Assembly (NCBI GenBank): GCA_964524715.1
Contig: CAZGGF010000276.1
Coordinates: 6,135-70,134 of the forward strand
Source: an uncultured Verrucomicrobiota bacterium
Lineage (GTDB): Bacteria > Verrucomicrobiota > Verrucomicrobiia > CAIQCK01
DNA: 64,000 nucleotides
Reading direction: 5' to 3'
Positions within the stretch are counted from its first letter, which is position 1; every line of letters starts with the position of its first letter. A program made the translations under genes and the position numbers. Shown here one piece after another: positions 8,652 through 18,730 of this stretch. Under the pieces are notes generated by a model. The model was not told the origin of the DNA. It saw nothing but the letters and a program-made list of their open reading frames with translations, and did no database searches.

Positions 8652-11096
8652 TCATGGCGTGGTTTTCAGCAACGCCGCAACCAGCGTACGTGTCTGATCC
8701 AGAGTCTCGCGCAGGCTTTCGGCCGAGCGCGCCCGCTTGGGCGCCATCTCAGCCAACGGCGTGTCGTAGAAACGATCCTGGATCACCTTGCGCGACTCGG
8801 TAAACGACGCGGGGCGGGTCCATGGTTTCTTTTCCGAGGACTGCAACCGGCCACCGACCCACTTCCAGTATTCGTCCAACTCCGCCACGTACACGTGTCG
8901 CACCAGTTCGTATTGGTGGGCGCGGCAGTAGCTGTTTTCCGAATTGCCCTTCAACGTCTGCTCGCTGTGAGGATTGATTTGCGGTTTGACGCCGCCGAGT
9001 TCGCGAGCGCACTCCAGCCGTTTCATGGTCGCGTGGAGCGAGAAATCATCGCTGAGCGCCAGCAGATCGGCAAGCTGCTGCATGAGACCTTTGCTCACCG
9101 TTTCCATCTGGCGCACGACAGCCTCGTCACCGTTTCCCTTCCGCCACGCTTCCATCGCGGCACAGCCACGCATCAGTGATGCCTTCAGCGCGCGGTTGAT
9201 GACGGTGCGCGTGATGTCGATCGCGTCGCGCCGCCAGAGTTCGTTGGCGTAGCCGGCGTTTGCCGATTGCGCGATCTGGTCCAGAACCGCCGGCCCCTCG
9301 CGCAGCGGGGGAATCAACCGCCGGAGTTCTTCGCCTTGGTTGTGGATTCGATCCTCGGTCAGGTTTGTGTAGTCGGGATTGGTAAGAATTCGGAAGTGCG
9401 GGTCGAACTGCACCGCCAACCCCGACGGTTTTCGACCGACACCGACATGCGTCCAGTGATGTGTGGCCGCAATGGGCAAGAACGACCGCCAGACTTTTTC
9501 CATGCTCGTGGCGAGCGCAGGCGCGTAGCGGCCCGCGCAGAAACGACCCACGAATGCGTTCGCATCGAGTTGTTCCGGACGCCAGCCGTTGGCGGCGAGA
9601 TACTCCAGCAGCAGCGTGTTGTTGTGCGATATCTCCGGCCAAAGCACGAGGCCGAGGCATTGCGCGTCCTGCGCTGCTTCGCCGATGCGTTCCTGCAGGA
9701 TGCGGTAGTCCTCACGCATCTCACTGTCGGCGGCGAACGCATGGAACACACCAAAGATCCATGGGAACTTCTTATAGGCATCCCACTCCTGATACGTCTT
9801 CCTGTCGAGCAGGTCCGCGGTATAGTCGAGCAGGATCGTGCGCTGCGGATCGAACTCCTTCAGAAGATTCTGCACATCCGCATTCTTCCACTTGAACATC
9901 AAGTCCCAACTGGCGATCATCAGCGGCGCGTCCGGGTAATGCCGCCGCAGGACTTCCTGAATCTTGCGGTAGGCGTGGAGCTTGCGCTGGAGATCCTCGC
10001 GTTCATTGGCGCCAAAAGTCCGTTCGGCCAGGCCGATGGTGTGAAACAGCCGCGGCTCGCCAAACTCGCGGATGTGCGTTTCGGTCAGCTTCCAATACGC
10101 ATCCCACGTCCGCTCATGCTCGATGTCCCAGATGGCATGAGTGGAAAGCGTGTATCCGGTCTTCTGGTCGCGCGTCACCGGGAAGTCGGGATACTTCTTC
10201 ATGAACGAACTCGGCGTATGGGAATACCAGTGGGTAATGGTCCCGGTATCCTCCGGGTGCAACAAGCCGCGCTCGCGAGCGTAGGCGAGCACCCGCTTCC
10301 GCAGCTCGCCGCGATACTTCAGTGGCCAGAACGAAGTGCGGTCGTCGTAAGAGCGAGGCTTGGCGTCGGGGTCCACGCCGTCGGTCGGCGGATAAGGCAG
10401 GCCAAACGCGCGCTGAAAGAGATCGTCAATGCCCGTGCGCAGCATGAAGAGGTTGAGCCGTTTCTTGAGCATCCAATCCAACTCACGTTTCCAGTCCTCG
10501 AAATCCCATTGCTCGGCTTGAAACCGATGCGGCCCGCGATGCGCGAAATAGCGCAGCCCGCGATAGGTGAAACGCGGCTGCTCCAGGATGTCGCAGCCGC
10601 CGAGTTCGATGGACGCGCGCTTTGGAATCACATCGCCATCCCAGAAATATTCCGCGCCGGCCTTTTTGCGGAAGAAATCGTAAACCGCATAGATCGTCGA
10701 GCGTCCTGCGCCTCCACCGAGGATCAGTAGTGTCCTGCCTTCGTGCGGTAACGACAGGATACGGTAATCGTCCGTGCCGTAGCGGATGCCAAGGTTTTCG
10801 ATCCGCGCCTGGAGGATAAGGCGATGAACAACCGGATTCGCAGCGTCAGAGCCAATGAGGACGATGTCGCCCGCCGGCAGCTTCCCATCATCGGGGTCTG
10901 CGCACGCGACCGTGCGTAGCTTCGCCCCGGTGACCTTCTGCCACATGCTGCAAAAGGTGTCGCCAGCGATACGATAGGCAGGCTCACCCTTTGATGGGAC
11001 AACAACTGTGGGCGATGAGGATGCCGCAAAGGCGCTCGATGCCAGGGCGACACCAAGCCCGACCAGTGCGATTCGCAGAAAACGATGACCATTCAT
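8652..11096 (-). CDS. GH89 alpha-N-acetylglucosaminidase (NAGLU-like)
   Basis: 814 aa with signal peptide MNGHRFLRIALVGLGVALASSAFA. Segments recalled as similar to human NAGLU: DFEDWKRELDWMLKKRLNLFML (cf. [21 protein letters not shown]), ILLDYTADL...FPWIFGVFHAFAAD (cf. LLVLDLFAES...QPFIWCMLHNFGGN) and FVGRFCAGRYAP (cf. WVTSFAARRYGV). Confidence 0.7.
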   Translation of the reverse strand: MNGHRFLRIALVGLGVALASSAFAASSSPTVVVPSKGEPAYRIAGDTFCSMWQKVTGAKLRTVACADPDDGKLPAGDIVLIGSDAANPVVHRLILQARIENLGIRYGTDDYRILSLPHEGRTLLILGGGAGRSTIYAVYDFFRKKAGAEYFWDGDVIPKRASIELGGCDILEQPRFTYRGLRYFAHRGPHRFQAEQWDFEDWKRELDWMLKKRLNLFMLRTGIDDLFQRAFGLPYPPTDGVDPDAKPRSYDDRTSFWPLKYRGELRKRVLAYARERGLLHPEDTGTITHWYSHTPSSFMKKYPDFPVTRDQKTGYTLSTHAIWDIEHERTWDAYWKLTETHIREFGEPRLFHTIGLAERTFGANEREDLQRKLHAYRKIQEVLRRHYPDAPLMIASWDLMFKWKNADVQNLLKEFDPQRTILLDYTADLLDRKTYQEWDAYKKFPWIFGVFHAFAADSEMREDYRILQERIGEAAQDAQCLGLVLWPEISHNNTLLLEYLAANGWRPEQLDANAFVGRFCAGRYAPALATSMEKVWRSFLPIAATHHWTHVGVGRKPSGLAVQFDPHFRILTNPDYTNLTEDRIHNQGEELRRLIPPLREGPAVLDQIAQSANAGYANELWRRDAIDITRTVINRALKASLMRGCAAMEAWRKGNGDEAVVRQMETVSKGLMQQLADLLALSDDFSLHATMKRLECARELGGVKPQINPHSEQTLKGNSENSYCRAHQYELVRHVYVAELDEYWKWVGGRLQSSEKKPWTRPASFTESRKVIQDRFYDTPLAEMAPKRARSAESLRETLDQTRTLVAALLKTTP

Positions 11097-11154
11097 ATCA
11101 GACCTCCTTCTCTTGCTCAGACTGCGCCTTCGTCAAACACGGGAACGCGACGGA

Positions 11155-11685
11155 TTATTTGCCATCCTTCTTGAGCGACCGTTGCAGCAATGCCGTCGTG
11201 TAGAACTCGTAGGACGCCACCTTATCCGGCACGTCGATGACGTGGACTGTGAACCTTGCAGGCAAGCCGTGTTCCGGCAAATGGTCGCGGAAATAGGCGG
11301 CATACGCGCGGCCGTAGGCAGTCCGCAGCCGCTCCAATTCGGCGGCGTAGCCGGCGGGGTCGCTCAACGGGCTGGGCGTCTTTGGTTGGCAACCAAACAC
11401 GTGCATCTCAATGAAATCCAGCTCAGTGATCGAGTCGCACACGCCTGCTTCCTTCAGCCAGCTTTCCCATGTCTGGAACACACGCGGAATCTCTTTGTCG
11501 GGATCCATGACGGCCGTGTCAGACAGGCCGAGATTGCGCGTGGCCGATTCGCCGCCGGTGAGGCCCGCAAGATAAACCTTGAGGTCACCGTCTGCCAAAG
11601 CCTCGGTAACGACAAATGAAAAAACGGGCCGGCTGGCTCGATAATAATAAGTCAACTTGCCACGACGTTTGATGTCGAATGCCAT
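11155..11685 (-). CDS. Hypothetical protein (176 aa), no family recognised
   Basis: Clean ORF packed between the SDR and GH89 genes on the same strand. No motif recognised. Confidence 0.45.
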   Translation of the reverse strand: MAFDIKRRGKLTYYYRASRPVFSFVVTEALADGDLKVYLAGLTGGESATRNLGLSDTAVMDPDKEIPRVFQTWESWLKEAGVCDSITELDFIEMHVFGCQPKTPSPLSDPAGYAAELERLRTAYGRAYAAYFRDHLPEHGLPARFTVHVIDVPDKVASYEFYTTALLQRSLKKDGK

Positions 11686-11709
11686 GGGTTCTCCTTTCGA
11701 TAACTGCCA

Positions 11710-12477
11710 TTACAGCAACATGCCACCATCCACATAGAGCGTGGTGCCGGTGATGTAGTCCGATTCACGCGACGCCAACAGCAATACCGCGCCGACCACG
11801 TCCTCGGGCTCACCGACACGGCGGCTGGGAATCTTCGCCAGGACACGCGCGCGGTGTTCGGGGTCCGCCAGCCGATCACGTGTCTCGTCAGTCAGGATCG
11901 CTCCGGGCGAGACGCAGTTCACCTGAATGCCCTTCTCAGCCAGTTCGAGCGCGAGCGACTTCGTCAGCATCACGAGGCCGGCCTTGGTGATGTTGTAAAC
12001 GGAATTGTTCATCATCGCCCGCACGTCGTGGACGCTGGAGATGTTGATGATCTTGCCCGACCGTTGCTCCGTCATCACCCGCGCAACGGCTTGCGACAGG
12101 AAATAGACGCCCTTGAGGTTGACGCTCAGGGTCTCGTCCCATGCCCCGGCCGTGGCGTCGAGGAACGGTTGCCGGTGCGTTATGGCGGCGTTGTTGACGA
12201 GAATATCGATACGGCCAAAATGCTTGCGCGCCGCAGCGACAAGCCCCTCATGTTGCGCGAGATTGCCCACGTCGGTATGCACCGCGACCGCGTTCCCGCC
12301 GTCGACGCGAATATCGTTGACGACCTCCTCGGCAGCCGCAGCTTTGGAGACGTAGTTAACGACCACGGACGCGCCCTCGCGAGCAAGACCGACTGCGATG
12401 GCGCGGCCGATGCCACGAGACGCGCCGGTCACGATGGCGACGCGGCCTTTGAGTCTGGCTTCGTCTTTTGTTTTCAT
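11710..12477 (-). CDS. Short-chain dehydrogenase/reductase (SDR)
   Basis: TGASRGIGRAIA Rossmann motif, NNAAI, and the S...YNITKAG catalytic triad region. Confidence 0.85.
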   Translation of the reverse strand: MKTKDEARLKGRVAIVTGASRGIGRAIAVGLAREGASVVVNYVSKAAAAEEVVNDIRVDGGNAVAVHTDVGNLAQHEGLVAAARKHFGRIDILVNNAAITHRQPFLDATAGAWDETLSVNLKGVYFLSQAVARVMTEQRSGKIINISSVHDVRAMMNNSVYNITKAGLVMLTKSLALELAEKGIQVNCVSPGAILTDETRDRLADPEHRARVLAKIPSRRVGEPEDVVGAVLLLASRESDYITGTTLYVDGGMLL

Positions 12478-12539
12478 AGCTGCAACCGCAGTCCGTCACT
12501 CCGTGACGGCTTGTTTTGATTCCGCGATGGAATCGCGGG

Positions 12540-13730
12540 CTACATTCCGCCGACGATCGGATACCAGTCCGGGCGGCGCGGATCCTGATGGAAGCGGGCG
12601 TAGTAGTCGCCTTTCTCGGCGTAGTAGCGCTCGTATTTCGTCATCTTCTCCTCGTCGAGCACGACGCCGAGGCCCGGACCGGTCGGCACGCGCAGGCAAC
12701 CACCCTCATAACGCATCTTGCCGCCGACGATGATGTCGTCGGTGAGGTAGTTGTAGATGGCGTCGCCCGCAAAACGCATTTCTGGAATCGTGCAAGCCGT
12801 GTGGAGCATCGCCGACATCTCGATGCCGAACTCCGCGCCGCTGTGCATGCCGACGCCGAGGTTGAACGTCCGCAGCACGGCGCAGAGGTCCTTCACGCCG
12901 CGCGGGCCTTCCCAGTAGTGGAGGTCGGTCAACACGACATCCATCGCGCCGAGCCGGATCGCCGGGCCGAGATCGTCGAACTTCGCCGGATACATGTTGG
13001 TGGCAATCGGAATGCGCACCTGACGGCGCACCGCCGCAAGTCCCTCGATACCCCACGCGGGGTCTTCGAAGTATTCGAGGCCAAGCGGTTCGAGCCGGCG
13101 GCCAATGCGGACGGCGGTGGCCACGCTCCAGACGCCGTTGGCGTCAATCCGCAATCCGAAGTTTGGCCCCATGCGCTGGCGGCAAAGTTCCATCACGCGC
13201 ACTTCGACGTCGGGGTCCACAACGCCGCCTTTCATCTTCACGGTCTTCACGCCCAACTCGGCGTGGAGTTGCTCGCATTCTTCGACGAGGTCTTCGGCGC
13301 ACGTGTCATCGCCGCCGCCGGGCCGGTCGTAGCGCCAACTGATCTCGCCCATCAACGCCACACGGTCGCGCACCGCGCCGCCGAGCAGGTCGCACATCGG
13401 ACGGCCAAGCGCCTTGCCCTGAATGTCGAGACAGGCGATCTCGATCGCGCCGTAGAGCCGCGCGTTGGAGAGGTAATAGATGCTGCGCAGGACCTTGAGC
13501 TTGATCACTTCGAGATGGAATGGATCGAGACCAACGATGCGCGGCTTGAGCTTCATCAGCGCGCCGCGCTGGTCGCCGCCGCCAACCTCGCCGAGACCAA
13601 CGATGCCCTCGTCGGTGATCAGTTCGAGAATGTTGCGGATGAAATAGCCGGGATGGACGCCCGTATTGTGTCGCAACTGGCACGTGGTCGGGATCGCCAC
13701 CGTGCGCACTTTCATGTCAACGATCTTCAT
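12540..13730 (-). CDS. Enolase-superfamily enzyme, glucarate-dehydratase-like (paralogue 1)
   Basis: 396 aa. KxK (VKMKGG), LRIDANG, EYFEDP, PIATNM (Asn third metal ligand typical of the GlucD subgroup) and GMHS. The N-terminus RHNTGVHPGYFIRN...GLGEVGGG resembles GudD. Confidence 0.75.
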   Translation of the reverse strand: MKIVDMKVRTVAIPTTCQLRHNTGVHPGYFIRNILELITDEGIVGLGEVGGGDQRGALMKLKPRIVGLDPFHLEVIKLKVLRSIYYLSNARLYGAIEIACLDIQGKALGRPMCDLLGGAVRDRVALMGEISWRYDRPGGGDDTCAEDLVEECEQLHAELGVKTVKMKGGVVDPDVEVRVMELCRQRMGPNFGLRIDANGVWSVATAVRIGRRLEPLGLEYFEDPAWGIEGLAAVRRQVRIPIATNMYPAKFDDLGPAIRLGAMDVVLTDLHYWEGPRGVKDLCAVLRTFNLGVGMHSGAEFGIEMSAMLHTACTIPEMRFAGDAIYNYLTDDIIVGGKMRYEGGCLRVPTGPGLGVVLDEEKMTKYERYYAEKGDYYARFHQDPRRPDWYPIVGGM

Positions 13731-15265
13731 CGTGTTTCCTTCTGCATCGTTTCAGATGGCCGGCCCGGCCACCAGTCGGAGCGGTTTAATTCATGGGGAT
13801 ACGGTATCTCGCAAAATTGAGGCGGCTTCTGGTGAAAGTGAATGGCTCCCGTGGCATTTGAATATTCTTCCCGCAGTTCACCTTTGGGGTTCTTGCACTC
13901 GATGAAGCGATTGTCCCAGGTCCAGACGTCGTCAGACTTGCCGGCGCAAAAGATTCCCGGGACGCAGTTCTCGAACACATTGCGATAGAGCCACGCCGGA
14001 TTGCCTCGCATGTAAGCACCGCCGCCCATGAGGGCGTTGCGCATGACCACGTAGTTGTCGTGAGCGAAGATCCACTTGCAACCCGCATGGGCATCAATCT
14101 CGTGAGCATGGAGTTGGTTGATTGCATCCGCATTTTGGTTCCAATTTGCCAACACGGCAGCATCTTTGACCATGCGGTTGAAACGAGCAGTATAGGAAGC
14201 ACCGTCCCCGGCGGCGATCCCGTGCCGGTGGTTCTCGAAATTGTTGTCTTCGATGAAGAATTCCTTCGTGGCCGACGCACAGACGCCGTAGCCTTCGCCA
14301 TAGCAGAAGTTCTCGTGGAAAAAGCAGTGATCCACCAGATTGCCACTGCCGCCGTAGCACCATACCCCCGCGTGCCCAAACAGCTCGATTTCGCAGTGAT
14401 CGACTCGCGACCGCTGGCAATGCCGCAACTCAATCCCGGTGCCGTGGACCGATGGTTTGCCGACGTCACCGGGCAAGGCATACTTCCCCCGATTGCAACC
14501 GCGAAAATAGGTGATCGGCAGACTTCGCAGATGGAGCCGCGTCAAACGCAGGTTCTGCCGCTTTTCGGCCAGGATCAGGGCCTTGGTTTCGAACCAAGTG
14601 CCTTGGATGATGGTCTTCGACCCATCGCCGTAGAGGGTTACGTTGTCCGCCGGAATCTTGATCTGGTTTCGGATTACGTAAGTGCCAGCGGGAACGTAAA
14701 CCACACCACCGCGCGGGCCGAGTGCATCCAAGGCTTTCTGTATGGAACCATCATCGAACGCCCCCTGAACTGTGACGTCCGGTTTTGGTGGTGTCTCCTC
14801 CGTATGGAGCAATCGCAGACTGGCAACCTGGATCGGCCCGCCCTTGTAGTAAAGCCTCACGCCGCGAAGCAGCGACACGGGATGTCCGGCCTGTGCCATC
14901 TCCACACTGATTTCAGCTTCCTTGCCGGCCTGCAGCGTGTCCAACTTGCCGCGATATTCCCGCCGGAGCGCGTCCATAAAGGCCAAACCGGCCACAGTCT
15001 CCCCCTCTGCCCGGACTGTGGCTAACACGCGCACCCAATTGCGGGGAATCCTCTCCAGTTCATCCGAGAGACAGAGATCCACCGTCTTCTCTTCAGCAAC
15101 TGGAAGGCGCTGCACCTTGAAATCAGTGATTGCGCAAGTGGAAACCGGCAACTGTGGTGATTCAACAGCGCCCAGGCGCGCGACCAGCACCATAGCCACA
15201 CCAAGGCCGCAAAAGAAGTGGCGATGGTTTGGAAATTGGCGCTGGGCAACGATGTCCATGGGCAA
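13727..15265 (-). CDS. Right-handed parallel beta-helix (pectate-lyase-fold) protein
   Basis: GGVVYVPAGTYVIRNQIKIPADNVTLYGDG, followed by repeated G/N-rich coils (HCEIELFGHAGVWCYGGSGNLVDHCFFHEN...). Its stop overlaps the downstream enolase start (ATGA at 13727-13730). Confidence 0.55.
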   Translation of the reverse strand: MPMDIVAQRQFPNHRHFFCGLGVAMVLVARLGAVESPQLPVSTCAITDFKVQRLPVAEEKTVDLCLSDELERIPRNWVRVLATVRAEGETVAGLAFMDALRREYRGKLDTLQAGKEAEISVEMAQAGHPVSLLRGVRLYYKGGPIQVASLRLLHTEETPPKPDVTVQGAFDDGSIQKALDALGPRGGVVYVPAGTYVIRNQIKIPADNVTLYGDGSKTIIQGTWFETKALILAEKRQNLRLTRLHLRSLPITYFRGCNRGKYALPGDVGKPSVHGTGIELRHCQRSRVDHCEIELFGHAGVWCYGGSGNLVDHCFFHENFCYGEGYGVCASATKEFFIEDNNFENHRHGIAAGDGASYTARFNRMVKDAAVLANWNQNADAINQLHAHEIDAHAGCKWIFAHDNYVVMRNALMGGGAYMRGNPAWLYRNVFENCVPGIFCAGKSDDVWTWDNRFIECKNPKGELREEYSNATGAIHFHQKPPQFCEIPYPHELNRSDWWPGRPSETMQKETR

Positions 15266-15268
15266 ACC

Positions 15269-16618
15269 TCAGTGGCCAACGGACAACCGGATGACGTGAT
15301 TGTTGTCGCCGCCAGACTGCACACGCAACGTGCCCTCTACTTTCTTGCCGCCGACACGGGCGACGTAGCGATACGTGCCATGGAAGCCGCGGAACTTGGC
15401 GCGACCCTGTGCGTCGGTCAGCACCTCCGCGCGCGTTTTCCATTGCTTGTTGATCAACTGGTCGAGCGCACGGTAGGCAGCCTTCGGCTTGAGTTCCGCG
15501 TCAAGCAAGCCGCCCTTCGCTTCGTTCTCGCCTTTCACCGCGGTGCCGTCGCCGAGGTTCCACCACGTGATGCCCGCCATCTTCGGCGCGGCGAACCAGA
15601 GCCGGTAATGATCGCTCACAACCTCCGCCTGCAATGCATCACCGTCCTCGCCTGCCGACGGGATCGTGATCTCGGTGATATAGAGAGGCAGGTTGAACTC
15701 GGTGAACTTCTCGTAAAGGTCGAGCAGCTTGACGGGATCACACTTGGGATCGGTGAGATACGCATCCACCTTTTCGCGCCGGAAGAAATGATACTGCAAG
15801 CCGATACCGCGAATCTTCGCGCCCTGCGACAGCAGCGTCTTGATCTGCGCGACATAGGGGTTGGTTTCGTAAGGCTTGAAGTTGTATTCCGTCACCTCGT
15901 TGATCATCAGCGTCGTCTTCTCCGGGAAAAGCGGAGCGACTTCCTTGAAGGCCCAACGCACGTAATCGCGGTCTGGTGTCAGCAGCGGATACTTCTTCGA
16001 GCACACGAGCGACTCGTTGACCACGTCGAAGATCGGAATTTTGCCGCCGAACCGGCTGGCAATCTCGCGGAAACGCTTGCGATAGAGCTCGCGCAGTTGG
16101 TCGGCGTCCTTCGGCAGCCAGGATGGGTTGTAAGCGTGCCAGAGCAACGGATGGCCCTTGAGCGTGATGTTGTTCTTGGCGGCCCACGGCAGGAATCGGG
16201 CGGGGGGCGGACGGCGCCAGAAGTCGCTGGCGGGGTCCGAGTAACGCAGTTCACCCTGGGTCGGCTCGGTGCCTTCCCAATAGAACGGCACCGTGGCGAA
16301 GTTGCACAGTTTTACGAATGCATCCTCATATCGCCGCTCCTTCTCCGGCGTGTCGAGCTGGCCGAGTACGAACGCGTTGCAGCCGAACAGGAACTCGTGG
16401 CCCGTCTGACGCAGTTCGACTTTGACGCCGCTGACGGGTTTGCCGGCCGCATCCAACACCTCGATGCTGGCATCGCCTTTGCGGTATTTCTCGATGTTGC
16501 GCTCAATGCGCTCATTCACCGCCGGGTCGCGCCATAGCTTGCGATAAACATCCGGCGTCGCCGCCGTGACGGTCGTTGCGAGCAGACTGAGTGTGAGAAT
16601 GGGGCTGATGATTTTCAT
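15269..16618 (-). CDS. GH10 endo-beta-1,4-xylanase-family glycosidase (paralogue 1) with C-terminal Ig/CarboxypepD_reg-like domain
   Basis: Signal peptide present. FLFGCNAF, LKGHPLLWH, FDVVNES (acid/base Glu) and LYITEITIP (nucleophile Glu). Confidence 0.75.
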   Translation of the reverse strand: MKIISPILTLSLLATTVTAATPDVYRKLWRDPAVNERIERNIEKYRKGDASIEVLDAAGKPVSGVKVELRQTGHEFLFGCNAFVLGQLDTPEKERRYEDAFVKLCNFATVPFYWEGTEPTQGELRYSDPASDFWRRPPPARFLPWAAKNNITLKGHPLLWHAYNPSWLPKDADQLRELYRKRFREIASRFGGKIPIFDVVNESLVCSKKYPLLTPDRDYVRWAFKEVAPLFPEKTTLMINEVTEYNFKPYETNPYVAQIKTLLSQGAKIRGIGLQYHFFRREKVDAYLTDPKCDPVKLLDLYEKFTEFNLPLYITEITIPSAGEDGDALQAEVVSDHYRLWFAAPKMAGITWWNLGDGTAVKGENEAKGGLLDAELKPKAAYRALDQLINKQWKTRAEVLTDAQGRAKFRGFHGTYRYVARVGGKKVEGTLRVQSGGDNNHVIRLSVGH

Positions 16619-16636
16619 TAGTGATCCTTCTATTCT

Positions 16637-17974
16637 CTACTTGAGGGTCAGAGTCGCCCGGGCTGGGCCGGCCTTGCTCTTGAGTTCAAACGGAAATTCA
16701 CGTTTCTCTTCGCCGACGGCAATCCGCAGTGAATACTTGCCGTGGAAGCCACGGAATTTCGCCCTGCCCTTGGCATCGGTTGTCAGCTTCAGGTGGGTTC
16801 TCCAGTCGTGATTGATCAGCTGTTCGAGCGCCCGATATGCAGGCTTCGGGTTCATTTCCTTGTCGAGCAGGCCGCCCAACGCCTTGTTTTCGTTTTCGTA
16901 AGCAGTACCATCACCGAGATTCCACCACGTGATGCCTGCTATCATTGGTGTGCTGAACCATAGACGGTAGTAATTGGCCACAATCGCCGCTTGAAGCTCC
17001 GCGCCGTTCTCGCCAACGCCGGGAACGGTGATCTCCGTAATGTAGAGCGGCAGACCCAACCGGCCGAGGCTGCTATAGACATCCTGGAGATGGGCCGGCG
17101 GATAGAGCTTGCCGCTGAGTACGGAATTACGACTGACATGGAACTGGACGCCGATGCCTTCAACGCGCGCCCCGCTCTGCTGCAAATCCTTCACTAACGC
17201 CATGTAATCGTAGGTGTCATAGTGGCCTTGAAGCTGGCCGTCGTTGATCAGCAGCTTCGCACTTCGCGGGAACAGCCGGCCCGCCTCCTGGAAACACCAC
17301 GTAAGATAGTCGTCCGGTACCGCATGCCACGTTTTGAAGTGAATGCGGCGCGGCATCTCCTCGTTGACTGCATCCCAGATCGGAATATCGCGACCGTAGC
17401 GTTCGGCAATCCCGGCCATGTGAATGGCGCCCTGACGCCTCAACATCTCGGCATCGTTGCGGGCCGTCCAATCGGGCATGAACTGGTTCTTCACATACAT
17501 CAGGGCGTGACCCTTCGGTGTAATGCCGTGAGCCTTGCACCACTTCACCAGCCGGTCCGGCGGAGGGCGGCGCCAGATGGGTGGTGAATCTTCGGCAAAG
17601 CGCGGCTTGCCCTGTTGCGGCTCCAACTCACGCCAGTAGAACGGCACAGTGGCAAAGTTGAAAAGATTGGTGAACGCCGCCTCGTATTTGCGGTTGAGTT
17701 CCGGGGTCGCAAGCTGGTCAAGGGCAAACAGGTTACACCCAAAGAGAAACTCGTGCGTCTGCTGGCAGATTTCCACGGTTGCGTTCGCCAACGGCTTGCC
17801 GTCTTTGCCAACAACTTCGATGGTCGCGTCGCCTTTGCGGTGCTTTTCAATGCCTTGCTCGATGCGCCCGGACACGGCAGGGTCGTCCCAAAGCGCCCGG
17901 AACGTGTCAGGGACTTCTGCGCCAACAGTTGTGGCGACGAGACTCAGCACCAGGACGAATTTCAGGATCTCCAT
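16637..17974 (-). CDS. GH10-family glycosidase (paralogue 2)
   Basis: FLFGCNLF, PKGHALMYV, WDAVNEE and LYITEITVP. Same architecture as 15269-16618. Confidence 0.75.
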   Translation of the reverse strand: MEILKFVLVLSLVATTVGAEVPDTFRALWDDPAVSGRIEQGIEKHRKGDATIEVVGKDGKPLANATVEICQQTHEFLFGCNLFALDQLATPELNRKYEAAFTNLFNFATVPFYWRELEPQQGKPRFAEDSPPIWRRPPPDRLVKWCKAHGITPKGHALMYVKNQFMPDWTARNDAEMLRRQGAIHMAGIAERYGRDIPIWDAVNEEMPRRIHFKTWHAVPDDYLTWCFQEAGRLFPRSAKLLINDGQLQGHYDTYDYMALVKDLQQSGARVEGIGVQFHVSRNSVLSGKLYPPAHLQDVYSSLGRLGLPLYITEITVPGVGENGAELQAAIVANYYRLWFSTPMIAGITWWNLGDGTAYENENKALGGLLDKEMNPKPAYRALEQLINHDWRTHLKLTTDAKGRAKFRGFHGKYSLRIAVGEEKREFPFELKSKAGPARATLTLK

Positions 17975-17986
17975 GCGGGTCTCCGT

Positions 17987-18730
17987 TCACACTTGTTTCT
18001 TGCGAAGGGTCCGGATCACTTCGATGAGACGCACAACGATGGCATCGAGCAACCGCTCGCCCTTCTCCGCCGTCGCGAGTTCAGCGTAACCGATACCGCC
18101 GTGCTGGGTCTGCGCCTTCATATCGAGTGCGACATAGACACCACGCAATGCCTTCGGCTGCCGCGTGGCCAACAAGTCGTTGTGGATGGCGTCGCGCCGC
18201 ACCAAATCCGGACGGACCGCGAGCATCATCGCCGTCTCCGCCTCGCACGCATGCCCGATGCATTTCATCGGGCCTTCAACGATTTTCGCGATCTCCTCGG
18301 TAGCCACATCCCAATAGTTCGCGCCGCAGAGCTGCGCGCCGGGAAACTCCACCGCAAGCTGGCGTTGGGCGAGGTGGAATCCGTCCTTGTTGCCGCCGTG
18401 GCCATTGAGCACAAACTGGCGCTTGAACCCGTGCCGCAGCAGGCAACGCATCGGCTCAGCGATGAGCTTGATATACGTTTCGTTCTCCGCGCTCAACGAT
18501 CCCGCCATGCCGAGGTGATGCAGGGACGCGCCGAGCCATTGCACCGGCAGCAGCAACACGTCCTTAGGCAACGCCGCCTCGACGCGATCCGCAATGGCAC
18601 CGCACAGGATCGAATCAGTGAAGAACGGCAGGTGTCGACTGTGCTGCTCCAGCGCGCCGATGGGATGAACAACGACAACGTCGCGCTTGAGTTTGGCCAC
18701 ATCAGGCCACGTCAGGTCGGCTAGTTTCAT
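17987..18730 (-). CDS. Creatininase-family amidohydrolase
   Basis: PIGALEQHSRHLPFFTDS and VLNGHGGN motifs. The start was set at MKLADLTWPD (CAT 18728-18730), which overlaps the stop of the upstream DUF1080 gene (ATGA). Confidence 0.75.
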   Translation of the reverse strand: MKLADLTWPDVAKLKRDVVVVHPIGALEQHSRHLPFFTDSILCGAIADRVEAALPKDVLLLPVQWLGASLHHLGMAGSLSAENETYIKLIAEPMRCLLRHGFKRQFVLNGHGGNKDGFHLAQRQLAVEFPGAQLCGANYWDVATEEIAKIVEGPMKCIGHACEAETAMMLAVRPDLVRRDAIHNDLLATRQPKALRGVYVALDMKAQTQHGGIGYAELATAEKGERLLDAIVVRLIEVIRTLRKKQV